DNA of 64,000 bases from Eledone cirrhosa (GCA_964016885.1 OZ024749.1:23684001-23748000), one strand, 5' to 3'. Positions 1 through 13,938 are shown, numbered from the stretch's first letter. A program made the numbers and translations. Notes: generated by a model not told the origin, from the letters alone.

Positions 1-224
1 AGATAGATAGTGGGAAAGTGAGAAAGTTAGTGAGTGAGAATGAGCGAGAGAGAGGTGGGAGGGGGACAGAGAGTGAGTGAGAGAGAGAGAAATAGATGGG
101 TGGGGATGAATGAACAGTGAATGGCGACTTTGATGTTTGTATCTTCAGATGAAATAGGTTGGGTAGAAAGGTTGACGGTAGATATAGTCTTTCATGTATA
201 TCTCAAGAGAGGAGACAGGTAGAT

Positions 225-366
225 TTGAATTAATGTGAAATTTGTTGTGTGTAAATTGGTAATGAGAGAGAAATAGGGAGAGATAAAAGGAAGGAGAGAG
301 GGGGACGAAGAGAAAGTGTGAAAAGCAGAAAAGTTATTGGAAGAGAACGTATTCTGTGTACCTGCA

Positions 367-449
<83 letters not shown>

Positions 450-660
450 AAAAGGGAGAGAGAGATAGAGATAGAGAGAGAGAATGGGTGAAGGGGAGAG
501 AGAAAAAAGTGAGCGTGAGAGAGAGTAAGATGGCGAAAGAAGGATAGAGAAAGGGAGTGTGAGATGGTGAGATATGGTGGGAGAGAGAGAGACGGAGAGG
601 AGAGAGGAGGAGAGGCGGAAATATTTTTTGAAGAAAACTTTTTACTGTTTACCTGGAGGT

Positions 661-750
<90 letters not shown>

Positions 751-1500
751 AGAGTGTGAAAAATAGAAGTGGAAATGTGATTGGAAGATAGCGGTTTTCT
801 ATGTACCTAAAGAGGAGAAAGAAGGTGCGAAATATACAGATAAAAAGACTAAATTTGAGTGTGTGACAGGGAGTGAGAGAATGTGCGATAGAGGGGGAAA
901 AATACAGGTGAAGATGTGATTGGAATATAACGGTTTTCTCTGTACCTGGAGAGAATGAGAGTGAATTTGAGTGAGAGAGAGAACGAGAGAGAGCGACAGA
1001 GAGAGACAAACAAACAGAGAGAAGGAGAGAGAGAGAAGTTGAAATATGATTGAAATATAGCGGTTTTCTGTGGACCTGGAGTGGAGACAGGGTAAGAGAG
1101 AGAAAGTGAAAGAGAACGAGACTGAATCTGGATGAGTGAGAGATAGTGAGAGGGAGAGAGAGATTAAGAGATAAAGAGTGAAAAATAGAGGCTAAAATGT
1201 GTTTGAAATATAACATCTAACGTATTTCTGTGAATTTGACGAGAACAAACACAGATAGAGACAGAGAGAGAGAGTAGAAAAATGAGGTTCAAAGGTGATT
1301 GGAATATGAGGTTTTTCTGTGTACCTGGGAGGAGAAAGAGAGAGAGAGAACTTGAAAGAGACTGAATCTGGGTGAGAGAAAGAGTGTTACAGGGAGAAAG
1401 AGAGAGAGAGAGAGAGTGAATAAGAGATAGAGAATGAAACATGGAGGCTAAAATGTGATTGAAATATAAGGTTTTTCTTTGTACCTGGGCAGGAGAAACA
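225..1500. repeat. Degenerate GA-rich minisatellite; core AAATGTGATTGGAATATAGCGGTTTTCTGTGTACCTG separated by (GA)n expansions
   Basis: Core recurs near 230, 330, 620, 775, 913, 1043, 1196, 1295 and 1452; related copies near 4745 and 5035. Confidence 0.75.
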
Positions 1501-1568
1501 GATATGTATATATATATATATATATATCCATATATATATGTAAATATATGTATATATATATATATAAT

Positions 1569-1711
1569 TGTTTCTACTTTAGGCACAAGGCCAGCAATTA
1601 CCCAGTGCATTACTGGTACTTTATTTTATCGACCCCGTAAGGATGAAAGGCAAAGTCAACCTCGGCGGGATTTGAACTCAGATCGTAAAGGGACGTAACT
1701 ATGCTGGAAAG
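1569..1711 (-). mobile_element. tRNA-derived SINE family A, 5'-truncated
   Basis: Reverse complement of B-box GAGTTCAAATCC, body TTTGCCTTTCATCCTTACGGGGTCGATAAAATAAAGTACCAG and 3' end TAGAAACA; near-identical to 40247-40431. Confidence 0.9.
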
Positions 1712-1784
1712 TATATATATATATATAATATTATAATGAAATGACAGGAGGCTGGATTTGTGTAAATCCTTGAAAGGTTTATTT

Positions 1785-1840
1785 TACTATGATCATTTCA
1801 ATGACCGGGTTCCGTATGAATCCGGTGATATCATCAGGTA
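1785..1840 (-). ncRNA. Minimal type I hammerhead ribozyme
   Basis: Minus strand reads TAC-CTGATGA-[stem II ACCGGATTC/GAACCCGGT]-GAAA-TGATCAT-A-GTA; palindromic stem III ATGATCAT; AUA cleavage triplet; stem I is short. Confidence 0.75.
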
Positions 1841-1872
1841 TTCGAAATATAATACGTGAATGTAATAGATAA

Positions 1873-3724
1873 AATCCATGGGGCTGAAAATCAAGGACCC
1901 GAGTGCGACCGCCATCCAGCACCTTCTACCTTTGCCGGTCGCCTTCGAATGACGTGGCTAAAGCTTACAGTCTGCTACTACCGGTCAGATAAAGGAAAAC
2001 AGAAAGCGATGGGGACATAAGTTAGCGTTAATATCAAGCCACAAGAAAAAATAAATAAAGAAAGAAAGAAGAGAGAAGAAGGGGAAGGAAGAAGAAGAGA
2101 ACCCAGGGTTAATGTCAACTATAAGAAGAAAGACAGAAAGAAAGAGGAGGAAAGGTCGGTATTACAGTCAGGCCAGGATTGTCGCGAAGAATTCTTTTTA
2201 TTCTAAGGGACCCGTATCTTAACAACTACTACCGATCAAATATAGGCAAACAAAAAGGGGAAGGAAGATAAGTCTGCGGGAGGAAGACAGAAAGAAGGGA
2301 GAAGAGAAGGAAGAAAAGGAAGAAGTAGAAAAGTCCGCGTTGATGGCTACAAGAAGAATGATAGAAAGAAAGAGGAAGAAAGATCGATATTAATGTCAGA
2401 CTACAGTCAGGCCAGGAGTGGCGCGAAAAAATGTTCACAGGGACCCGTATCTTAGCAGAGGTAAATATAGTGGGGGTCAGTGTGTTATAATGTGTGAGCA
2501 GAAGATTGGAACGTTACGTTTTTGTTTAGACTTATAGGATGAAGTTAAAAATTAATAACTAATATTTAATATCAAAGAAATTAGAAAATTTAAAGTTAAA
2601 CATTTTAAGGTTGATATATCTAATAGTTCTCATTTGATCTGTAATTTAAAGGTACTATGTGGCGGTTAAAACAATTAACGTTTCTTCATAAAAGACTCTC
2701 TTTAACTAAACCCCGCAACCTAAAACCTTAAAAAAGTTTTCTTAAATGTTTAATTTTCAATTTTCTGTTTGTTCAATTCTCAATCTTCTTACTCTTTAAT
2801 TTTATAATGTTATTCTGAATTCTTTCAACTTCATCCTATACATTTAAACAATATTTTAACGTTCCAACTTTCTGTCGGACTGTTGGGTGGGTTTTCCTGG
2901 TGGCGGGACAGGCCCCCTGGCGCATAAGCCTACCTTGAGTGCTTGGAAAAATAAATTTCCCCTTCTTTCGGTAAATGAAACTACTCGGAGTGGTTTGATT
3001 CGCCCCAGGGTCCCGGCGCGCGGCCGGTTTTTTAACCGACACATAGTACCTTTAAATTACAGATCAAATCAGAACTATTAGATATATCAACCTTAAAATG
3101 TTAAACTGTTTAACTTTAAATTTTCTAATTTCTTTAATATTAAATATTAGTTATTAATTTTTAACTTCATCCTATAAGTCTAAACAAAAACGTAACGTTC
3201 CAATCTTCTGCTCACACATTATAACACACTGACCCCCACTATATTTACCTCTGCAAAGATACGGGTCCCTGTGAACATTTTTTCCTGACTTTTCTACTTC
3301 TTCCTTTTCTTCCTTCTCTTCTCCCTTCTTTCTGCCTTCCCCCCGCAGACTTATCTTCCTTCCCCTTTTTGTTTGCCTATATTTGACCGGTAGTATTTGT
3401 TAAGAATAAAAAAAATTCTTCGCGACAATCCTGGCCTGATACCGACCTTTCCTCTTCTTTCTTTCTGTCTTTCTTCTTATAGCTGACATTAACCCTGGCT
3501 TCTCTTCTTCTTCCTTCCCCCTTCTTCTCTCTTCTTTCTTTCTTTCTTTTTTCTTGTGGCATGATATTAACGCTACCTTATGTCCCCATCACTTTCTGTT
3601 TTCCTTTATCTGACCGGTAGTAGCAGACTGTAAGCTTTAGCCACGTCACTCGAGGGCGAACGGCAAAGGTAGAAGGTGCTGGATGGCGGTCGCACTCGTG
3701 TCCTTGATTTTCAGCCCCATGGAT
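1873..3724. repeat. Large inverted repeat (arms about 1873-2671 and 3031-3724, spacer about 360 bp); probable Penelope-like pLTR inversion
   Basis: CCATGGGGCTGAAAATCAAGG at 1876 is mirrored at about 3700-3724; inner ends GGTACTATGTGGCGGTTAAAA and TTTTAACCGACACATAGTACC; HHR lies just outside the left arm. Confidence 0.85.
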
Positions 3725-3952
3725 CTCCTCTTCCTTCTTTATCTGTGTTGATGTTAATCGCGAAGCTTAGTCTCTCTGCTGATCTAGTAGCTTTCTTTCT
3801 TCTGGAAAATCTGTTCTTGCGACCAGGCTAGGACATTTTGGGTGGCATATCGGCAGTAACAATGACAATAAGGCGTCTGTGCTTTAGTGAAATAAATACG
3901 TTTGTTTATATTTTGTTTTTGTGTATGCAAAACATATCTGTACACGAATACA

Positions 3953-4036
<84 letters not shown>

Positions 4037-4046
4037 TACAGATTAA

Positions 4047-4096
4047 AGTTTAAGCAAAGAATCGCTGCTTTCACCCTTAACGGATCTTCTGAAACT
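4047..4096 (-). ncRNA. Degenerate hammerhead-like motif
   Basis: Minus strand AGTTT-CAGAAGA-TCCGTTAAGGGT-GAAA-GCA..TGCT-T-AAACT; stem I and stem III pair; core has one substitution relative to CTGAAGA; abuts (TA)n. Confidence 0.45.
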
Positions 4097-4406
4097 AAAA
4101 AAAATCAACTGGTGATCGCAGAAGTAAATATTTCGAAAAAAGTTGCAACCGAAAGAAAACAAGGAGATGATACTTGAGTTCGTGAAGACGTTAGGAATGT
4201 CGTATAACCGGAAGTGTTGATATTTGAAACTTTTAAAGAATTGACTATTTAAATAATGTCTTTAATCTTTTAACTAAATTCAGTAGGCAAAAATACCCTC
4301 ACTTTCTTATTTGGAAAAAGTTACATCTATAGTGCAAATTCGGTGCCGTATGGTCCAGCCGCATGACAGAAAGATTGTTATTTACATACGGCCGTCAGCT
4401 TTATAG

Positions 4407-4654
<248 letters not shown>

Positions 4655-4875
4655 GGAGAGAAAGAGACTGATTCTGGATGTGAGAGAGATAGGGGGACAG
4701 GGAGACAGAGAAAATAAGAGTTAGAGAGTGGGAAATGGAGGCTAAAATGTGATTATAACAATTTGCTTTGTACACGGGGAGGAGAAACACAGAGAGGATA
4801 AGAGGGAAAGGGAGAGAGATGGAGATAGAGGGATAGTGAGGGGGTGAGAGGGAGAGAGAGGGGGTGAGAGTGAGG

Positions 4876-4924
<49 letters not shown>

Positions 4925-5059
4925 ATGGAGATAGATATATAGATAGAGAGAGAAAGGGAGCGAGAGCGATAGTGAGAGAGAGAGGGGGAGAGAGGGAGAG
5001 AACCAAGATATAGTGAGCGAAAAATATAGGTTGCAATGCGATTGGAATCTGAGCTTTTC

Positions 5060-5350
5060 CTATTTTCCTGGAGACGGCAAATATAGTCGCGAGAGGAAGG
5101 GTGTTTTAAAAGAGAACTCTGTTGGTGGGTACCTGTAGATCAGACAAGTAGTTCGAATAGGAAGCTTGAGAAGAAGGGGACTTTGATGTAGACACATTTT
5201 TTCTATATTTTCCTGGAGACGGGAAATATAGTCGCGAGAGGAAGGGTGTTTTAAAAGAGAACTCTGTTGTTGGGTACCTGTAGATCAGACAAGTAGTTCG
5301 AATAGGAAGCTTGAGAGGAAGGGGACTTTGATGTAGACACATTTTTGTTT
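5060..5350. repeat. Tandem duplication, about 145-bp period
   Basis: CCTGGAGACGG at 5067 and 5212; near-identical copies. Confidence 0.9.
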
Positions 5351-5720
5351 TCTCTATTTTCCTTATTTTCAAGTTGAAACAAACGTATTGGAAATTCATT
5401 AAGTATACATATGCTCACGAGTGATACTTAGAAGTCCATCATAGTTCAAAAGAGTAGATAGAAAAATACTTCTGAGCGGTATATATTTGATTACAGAACA
5501 TATATAGAAATATAATATATATTACATTTGATGTAGGAAGGAAAGAATATGTAGACATACGTAATGATATTTTATAAAGTAATTACATCAAATTTATCAA
5601 AAAAATTATCTTTATATATATATGCTTCTTTATACATATCTCTCTCTCTCTCTCTCTCTCTTTCTCTATATATATATATATATATCTATCTATCTATCTA
5701 TCTATATATCTATCTATCTA

Positions 5721-5903
<183 letters not shown>

Positions 5904-6296
5904 TATATGTATATATGTATATATGTAAGAAATGAAAAACATTTTTTGAAAACAAAAATACTTCTTTGATAATACGCTATTACTCAAAAAATTATATATT
6001 AAAAATACCAGGATCAAAAGATAAGTACTAACATAGGAATTAACTCATGTATATATATATATATGTGTGTGTGTATGTGTATGTGTGTGTGTGTGTGTGT
6101 ATGTGTGTGTGTGTATAAACACTGGTATATTTACAGTAATATATTCTCTTAATTATACATATAAGTCGAAAATATTTCCTTTAAGTTCAAAGAACAAGGC
6201 TTCCTTTCCAATCAAACTGTTTATATCTGCAACTCTCGCTTTCGCTAATCACTCACACTTACATTGCCTCTATCTCTTTCTCTCTATCCCTATCAA

Positions 6297-6363
<67 letters not shown>

Positions 6364-6457
6364 ATATATATATATATATATATATATGAATACACACATA
6401 CACATATCGTATATATAATAGTGAATATATATATGTATATATATCATATGTGTGTAC

Positions 6458-6552
<95 letters not shown>

Positions 6553-6854
6553 GTTGATTTATAGGTAGATAGATAATTTGATAGATAGATAGATAGATAA
6601 ATAAATAGATAAATAGATAAATTGATAAATAAATAGATAGATAGATAGATAGGTGGATAGGTGGATAGATGGATAGATAGATCTGCATTTCTTGTGCAAG
6701 TAATTGGCGAAAGTGATAAGATGAATGCGAAGCTCAAAAGAATATGCCCATGGTAAAATGTCCATTCTAATCATCTAATTAATACAGAGCAGAGTGTGTC
6801 TTGCATACACATATACATGTATATATGTATACTTACATATGTATGTATATATAT

Positions 6855-6885
<31 letters not shown>

Positions 6886-7185
6886 ATATATATATATATA
6901 CATATGTATGTATATATACATATATATACATACATAGATACATATACACACACATATATACATATATACATATATACATATATACATATATACATACATG
7001 GATATATTCATTCATACATTTGAATACATGCATGAATACATTCATTCATACATACATATATACATACATGCATGCATGCATACATAAATTCACACATTCA
7101 TTGATACATACATACATTCTCACATACATACATAACATACATAAATACATACATACGTACTTGCTTGTATGCATACATTCTTTTT

Positions 7186-7596
7186 GCAGTATCGGTAGAG
7201 GGTCGGACGCCATGCTTTGACACATAGAGTTACGGCCCTTGTCATTCTGAATTCAAATCCTGCCGAGGTTAACTTAGCCTTTAATCTTTACGGGGGTCGA
7301 TAAAATAAAGTACCAGTAATGCACTAGGTAATTGCTGGCCTTGTGCATAAAGTAGAAACAATTATTACATATATACATAAGGCGGTCGATTGACAGTATC
7401 GTTAGAGAGTCACCCAGCATTTTTCTAGCATAGAGTTTCGGTCCTTTATGGTCTGAGTTCAAATCCCGCCGAGGTTAACTTTGCCTTTCATCCTTTCGAG
7501 TTCGATAAAATAAAGTACGAGCAACGTACTGGAGTCGAGTTAATCGACTTTTCCCTCGCACCCCAAAATTACTGGCCATGTGTCTATACTAGAAAT
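7186..7596 (+). mobile_element. Two adjacent SINE family A copies (7186-7360 and about 7380-7596)
   Basis: A-box-like GCAGTATCGGTAG, B-box (G)TTCAAATCC and shared body. Confidence 0.85.
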
Positions 7597-8139
7597 CACT
7601 ATTACATACATGCATGCTTACTTACAAACACAAATACATGCGCTCATATATGCACATATATTGAGAAAAATATGGAAGTTTTACTTTAACGTTTTATACG
7701 TAATCATGCGCAACTCGTGTTTCGTAAATGACCGGCTCGTAGCTTTACTCAGTTGCAATCTGATCAATTTATGTAGCATGTCTAGAACCACCATGTCCCG
7801 TCTTCATTTCAAAAGCGAAATATTTCACTCTATGAAGCTAACTTACTCAACGTAAGATATTTCAACACGCTGGATCTTGCTTTTTAAATTAAAACAATAT
7901 ATACTATACATTTACAGATTTTAGCTCACCTTTCAAAGCAAACAATATTTTCACCAGTTTTTTAATTATAACATTTTTGTTTATTGGAACATGTGTAAGA
8001 CTTCTTTTCAAAGGCTAGGAGAAAACTATCACATAATGTCTGTTTTGCAATGAATTAAAACAATTTCTGCGTGAAGCCTTCCTCTCCATGGACAGGACGT
8101 CGGTGGGTCAAGCTTAATTTTTGTCAGGAAAAAATCAAT

Positions 8140-8620
8140 TCAAATTATGAAGCCTGTCTTTAAATTGTAATTATATTCACAGCATAACGCATGTTTTTTT
8201 ATGATAACTGCTTTCACTATATTAAACCTACTTTTTTAATGGTAGTTATTTTCAAAGCATAAAACATGCATTTTAATGGTAAACATTTTTAATAGTAGTT
8301 TTCATAGCATGAACACTTCTTTTTAAATATAAACGGTTTCACAGCATTAATTCTGATATTTAATAGTAAATATTTTCAAAGAATGAAACTTGCTTTTAAT
8401 GGTAAACATTTCATGGCATGTGTCCTGTTTTTTTTTTTAAATATGAAAAATGGCTACACAGTGTGAAGCCTGAAAAGATTTCAACAGACTAAAGGCTGAT
8501 TTTTTCAAGATATAAATTTGTTCACTGGATGAGGCCTGTTTTTAGATTGGAAAACATCACAGACTAAAGCCAAATATTTTATGAAAAATATTTACGTAAG
8601 CCTGCTTATCGACTAAGATA
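8140..8620. repeat. Old degenerate minisatellite, about 37-38 bp unit
   Basis: Recurring TTCACAGCATGAA(G/A)CCTG...TTTTAATGGTAAACATTT-like units. Confidence 0.55.
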
Positions 8621-8669
8621 TTTTTCACTTTTTCACACAGAAACACCTTCTATGTATATATTATATATA

Positions 8670-8720
<51 letters not shown>

Positions 8721-8724
<4 letters not shown>

Positions 8725-8958
8725 AATACAATATAATTACCTCATTACCGGAGGTTTCCCGAATAAGACGAATACGAAGGAAACGTCTTCATTCGTTCGT
8801 CGAAGACGTTTCTTTCGTATTCGTCTTATTCGGGAAACCTCTGGTAATGAGGTAATTATATTGTATTGTTTTTTATACATTAAATTTTGCTCTGGTACTT
8901 ACATAGAGCACTCTTCACTCCTATGACCTTTTCAATTTTCAACGGAAATTTCAATACC
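8721..8958. repeat. (TA)n-flanked palindrome (70-bp arms, 11-nt loop) plus unpaired tail
   Basis: 8721-8790 is the near-perfect reverse complement of 8802-8871; tail 8872-8958 has GCTCT..AGAGCAC. Confidence 0.9.
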
Positions 8959-9010
8959 TATATATATATATGTATGTATATACAGACACACACACATACA
9001 CACACACTCA

Positions 9011-9129
<119 letters not shown>

Positions 9130-9524
9130 CATACGTACGTATTTAACTGGTGCCACATACTGGATTCCAAAAGAATGGGTAATTGCTGTGAAAGTCAAAG
9201 CAATATCGATTATAAGCAATCCATTATTTATCGTGTAAATATAGATGAATACAAGCTATGAAAGCCAGATAGGTAATCGATGGTGATTAGCAAGTCGACT
9301 AATGTGGGTAGTAGCTAAATTAGGAATGTGACGGTGTATAAGTAGCGATGAAAATTGTGATGTCTTATAATATATGTTCACCGAATAATCATCAGAATAT
9401 TTTGAGGGAACAATTAGATAGTGAGGTGGGCTGTGAGTGGGATAAATTCATGCACAGATAAACACAAACATGTATATATTTTCATTCATGCATGTGTATA
9501 TGAATTGATCTAGTGAACATCTCT

Positions 9525-9761
9525 TTGGAGAAAAAAATATTAATTTCCAAAGAGGAAAATGACAAAAGGGGAGACTTTGTGGTTAACACCCCTTTGGGAT
9601 TAAAGAAATGGACTCGGCAGACTACAATAAAAGTGACAACGAAACTCGTGGATTATTTATATTAGCCGACTGAGTCCATTTCTTTAATCACAAAGGGGTG
9701 TTAACCACAATACCTCTCCTTTCGAGATTTTCTGCCATTGGAAATTAATAATTTTTTCCAA
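9525..9761. repeat. Aged imperfect palindrome
   Basis: TTGTGGTTAACACCCCTTTG.GATTAAAGAAATGGACTC is mirrored by GAGTCCATTTCTTTAATC.CAAAGGGGTGTTAACCACAA. Confidence 0.85.
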
Positions 9762-9771
9762 CACATATATA

Positions 9772-11119
9772 CAGCGTGCGGATGGTATTTGAGGACATAT
9801 TTATGGTTTTAAAAAAACGCTTATATAATAACAGAAAAAAAACTGTATTCTTATATAAATAACATAAACATGAAGCTAAATTATCAATTTAATAAATCCA
9901 TTCAATAAAACCACCTTAAGCCTCAATAACTGCCTCTACACGGGGTCGAAATCGTTTGCTTGTTCATATCGAACATGACTCAAATAATGGCGGCTTTCAA
10001 AGAATATTTGGTGCTATGAGGATATTCATTGACATTTTTCTCAACGATGCTCCATACATAGTAGTCCAATAGATTGAGATCTGGAGAATTAGGAAGCCAA
10101 ATATTGCAGGTGATGTGATAATGCAAATTGTCGGCCACTCATTCTTGTGACTTTTGAGCCTTGTGTGATAGTGCAGAATCTTGTTGAAAGACATAATGCC
10201 TTCCATTGCATACGCTGTTTTTCCAAGGCTTAACAACTTTATCCAGAACCTCAATATATACAGCAACATTCACCATAATGCCTTGTGGAAAAAGGTGAGG
10301 AGGCATCACATGTCCTTCATTGCTAACAACACCCAAAACGGTGGCACTTGCAGGAAAGTTTCTGTGCATTACTCGTGTAACCTCAGAAGGGCCTGCACAT
10401 AGCCACCTGTCATTTCTTCTGTTAGTTTTGTGGTCCTAGTCAAAGATTTTCTCATCTGAGAAAAACCAAATCACACCATCTTCTGATGGATTTTTAAGTT
10501 TCTTTAAAAGTATTTGGGATCTAATTAAACCCCCCGTGTTTGCATAGCTACGGCTTTCTAAAACCGCATTTCTTTGGAGATACGCAATATTTATACATAT
10601 TGTATAAAGCTATGCTTGAAGCGAAATCCTATTACTTTTCTTTTGTTTTTTTCTGACATGAATTGACCTTTCCCCATCACATAATATTTGTATCTGATGT
10701 CTTCATGCACAACATTTCTGATTGTATTTTCTGACACACCAAAACCTTTTGCAATTGACGTCATTGATTTTCCTGGATTGTCATCAATGTTTTGATTAAC
10801 TTCCTGAATACATTCAGGTGTTCTGATAGAATCAGAGCGTTTGGAATGTTTTTTACCTTTTGATACAGGTAATACGTTTCCATCTTTCTCTAACACACAC
10901 AGAATCTTGTGGACAAAGGTCTTGCAAATTTCAGAAAACGAGAAATTTCTAAATCACCACGCTCAGCCTTCAAAGCCACAATCGCAGCATGCCTTTTCAT
11001 TTCATTTGGAAGCATAGTTATTTTATATTGTTATTTTCTGAAATGGAAGTTCAATAACAATTAGTCAAATAAAATAATGACAGAAAATACATGTGTCCTC
11101 AAATACCGTCCGCGCACTG
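9772..11119 (-). mobile_element. Full-length Tc1/mariner transposon, DD37D (maT) family
   Basis: About 27-bp TIRs CAGCGTGCGGATGGTATTTGAGGACA and TGTCCTCAAATACCGTCCGCGCACTG; TA on both flanks; about 1.35 kb; transposase remnants inside. Confidence 0.92.
9890..11015 (-). pseudogene. Disrupted DD37D transposase
   Basis: Starts MLPNEMKRHAAIVAL; HTH region NPGKSMTSIAKGFGVSENTIR; WFFSDEK; YVFQQD followed 37 residues later by the D of SPDLNLLDYYVW; stops, frameshifts and an insertion of about 100 bp. Confidence 0.9.
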
Positions 11120-11126
11120 TATACAA

Positions 11127-11164
<38 letters not shown>

Positions 11165-11553
11165 CTGTACATATATATATATATATACATCATGTTTAAT
11201 ATAGAAATGTTTTCTACAAGATTAGAACTGTTTCGTTTCATTAAGACTTGTATATTTATACTCTACTAATATATCGAGTGCCTTACTAACTGCATTTACC
11301 CCCAATTGAACACGGCACTCTCTCTATCTATCTATCTCCCTCTCTCTATCTACACACACATATATATATATGAGGGACAGATTTGTGTCCTACGGAGACC
11401 GAGCAGTGCTCAGGGTGAAGTAGTACTCAATGCAGGCTTATTTACAGGGTTAATATAAATAATTGGTAAATACGAACTTGACTCTATTACTCTCTCTCCT
11501 CACTCTTAATCCACCATACCTGTGTGTATATATATATATATATATAAATATTT

Positions 11554-11611
<58 letters not shown>

Positions 11612-12161
11612 ATGTGTGTGCGTGTGTGTGCGTCTGTGTGTGCATGTACGTGTATATAAACAAGTCTGATTGATTCAATGGCACTACGTCCAAACCTCCA
11701 ATATAACACTGAATACTCCAGTTGTTTGAACAACGGCATAAGGCACTCATTATATTTAAGTGTCGGTGAATAAGTGAACCACACGTGCGTGTATACTGTA
11801 AAATTCCCACAGATTGTCAGCTTGTTGCCGCATGTGACATGGCAGACATTTTGTATAACTGGCAATCTTTCAACTAACACATTTTCAAACAGGTTCGATT
11901 TCACTCAAACTATCTAGACCAACCCGCCGGTAGAATAAACGACAGGTCTAGGAATTATGGGATGGAACTTGGAATATTATGATCATTAAGCATGCTTTAG
12001 ACGCAAACCATTCATGTTCTGACAAAAAACCTCACATACACACACAGACACACAAGGACAGCTCACAGATATCTAAACGCAAAACATATTGTAGCTATAT
12101 AGACAGAGAAATAGATCATTTATTGCGTAATTGACTAAATGTCTATGTATGTATAACATAT

Positions 12162-12198
<37 letters not shown>

Positions 12199-12235
12199 AT
12201 ATAAGATCAAAAGATGGTTAAAGGAGTTCAATATA

Positions 12236-12302
12236 TTTTATTATGCGCATTTCAAAAACAAACATCATCAAACAATAATATTTGTGTTTTCATCAGATAA
12301 AA
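12236..12302 (-). ncRNA. Minimal type I hammerhead ribozyme (left arm)
   Basis: Mirror copy of 12437-12503. Confidence 0.85.
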
Positions 12303-12436
12303 CAGGAGAACATGATATGAAGGCTAAAAAAACACTTGTTGATAGTGCAGTTTTAAATCAACATATATGTTGATTTGTTGATTTAAAACTGCACTATCAA
12401 CAAGTGTTTTTTTAGCCTTCATATCATGTTCTCCTG

Positions 12437-12503
12437 TTTTATCTGATGAAAACACAAATATTATTGTTTGATGATGTTTGTTTTTGAAATGCGCATAATA
12501 AAA
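12437..12503 (+). ncRNA. Minimal type I hammerhead ribozyme (right arm)
   Basis: TTTTAT-CTGATGA-[AAACACAAATATTATT..GATGATGTTTGTTTTT]-GAAA-TGCGCAT-A-ATAAAA; perfect 6-bp stem I; palindromic stem III. Confidence 0.88.
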
Positions 12504-12626
12504 TATATTGAACTCCTTTAACCATCTTTTGATCTTATATTATGCATACTCCAGTCCCACAAACTGTAGAGTGCTTCTTATCCGATATCTGCATTGCTTT
12601 ATTGTACTACAATAAAACTCACCTCC

Positions 12627-12688
<62 letters not shown>

Positions 12689-12817
12689 GTCATCAAGTAT
12701 AAAATTTGTAGAAATTTGTTTTTTTTTCTGGAAACATCTTCAAATTTCATGTTTGACAACCCCATATAATATACATACATATATATATACATATATAAAT
12801 ATTTATCCACATATCCA

Positions 12818-12848
<31 letters not shown>

Positions 12849-13109
12849 GTATATATATACATATAGTTTCGTCTCCTAGTATATATATGTATATGTGTAT
12901 ATATATATATATATGTATATATACTTATACATATATATACTAGGATAAAGAGAGAGACAGAGAGATAGACAGCTATCGTATATATATATATATATATATA
13001 TATGAGTGTGTGTGTATGTATATATGTATATATATATATATATATATACATATATATACATATATACATACATAAATGTATGTATATATATATACATATA
13101 TATATATAC

Positions 13110-13141
<32 letters not shown>

Positions 13142-13517
13142 ATATAGGCATGTGTGTGTGTATGGATGTGTGATTTTGCGTGTGGATGTAGTCGTGGGAA
13201 TATGGGTGTACGTAATTATATTGCCTTTGCCATCACGGTTAGATTTAATATGAAGATATCAAACGAAAATGTCCAGACTTGTTAAAGGAAAAAAATAGAG
13301 ACAGAGAACTAGAGAGGCACATACATGTATGTGACTTCCATCAAATCTTTGCCTAACACATTTCTCTGTTGATCATTATACTGTCTAGCGTATTAATATA
13401 TTGATGTCAAAATACTTTTATTTAAGCGTTCTCTCACCACATGTATTCCTCCGCCCACCACTTTTTCACCATTATATTATCACATAATGTATAGTTGTGT
13501 GTATATGTACGTATGTG

Positions 13518-13602
<85 letters not shown>

Positions 13603-13606
13603 ATGT

Positions 13607-13641
<35 letters not shown>

Positions 13642-13655
13642 TATACATACATATA

Positions 13656-13803
<148 letters not shown>

Positions 13804-13844
13804 CATATTTATATATATATATATATATCATATATATGTTTTCA

Positions 13845-13888
<44 letters not shown>

Positions 13889-13897
13889 TACATATAT

Positions 13898-13938
<41 letters not shown>

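Larger units (their letters stand above)
12196..12630. mobile_element. (TA)n-flanked palindromic HHR element (168-bp arms) plus tail
   Basis: 12196-12363 is the reverse complement of 12376-12543, apparently without mismatch; tail 12544-12630. Confidence 0.9.

Noticed and set aside
230-1216. 328-aa Ser/Leu-rich ORF
   Set aside because: Translation of a (CT)n-rich minisatellite; no domain.
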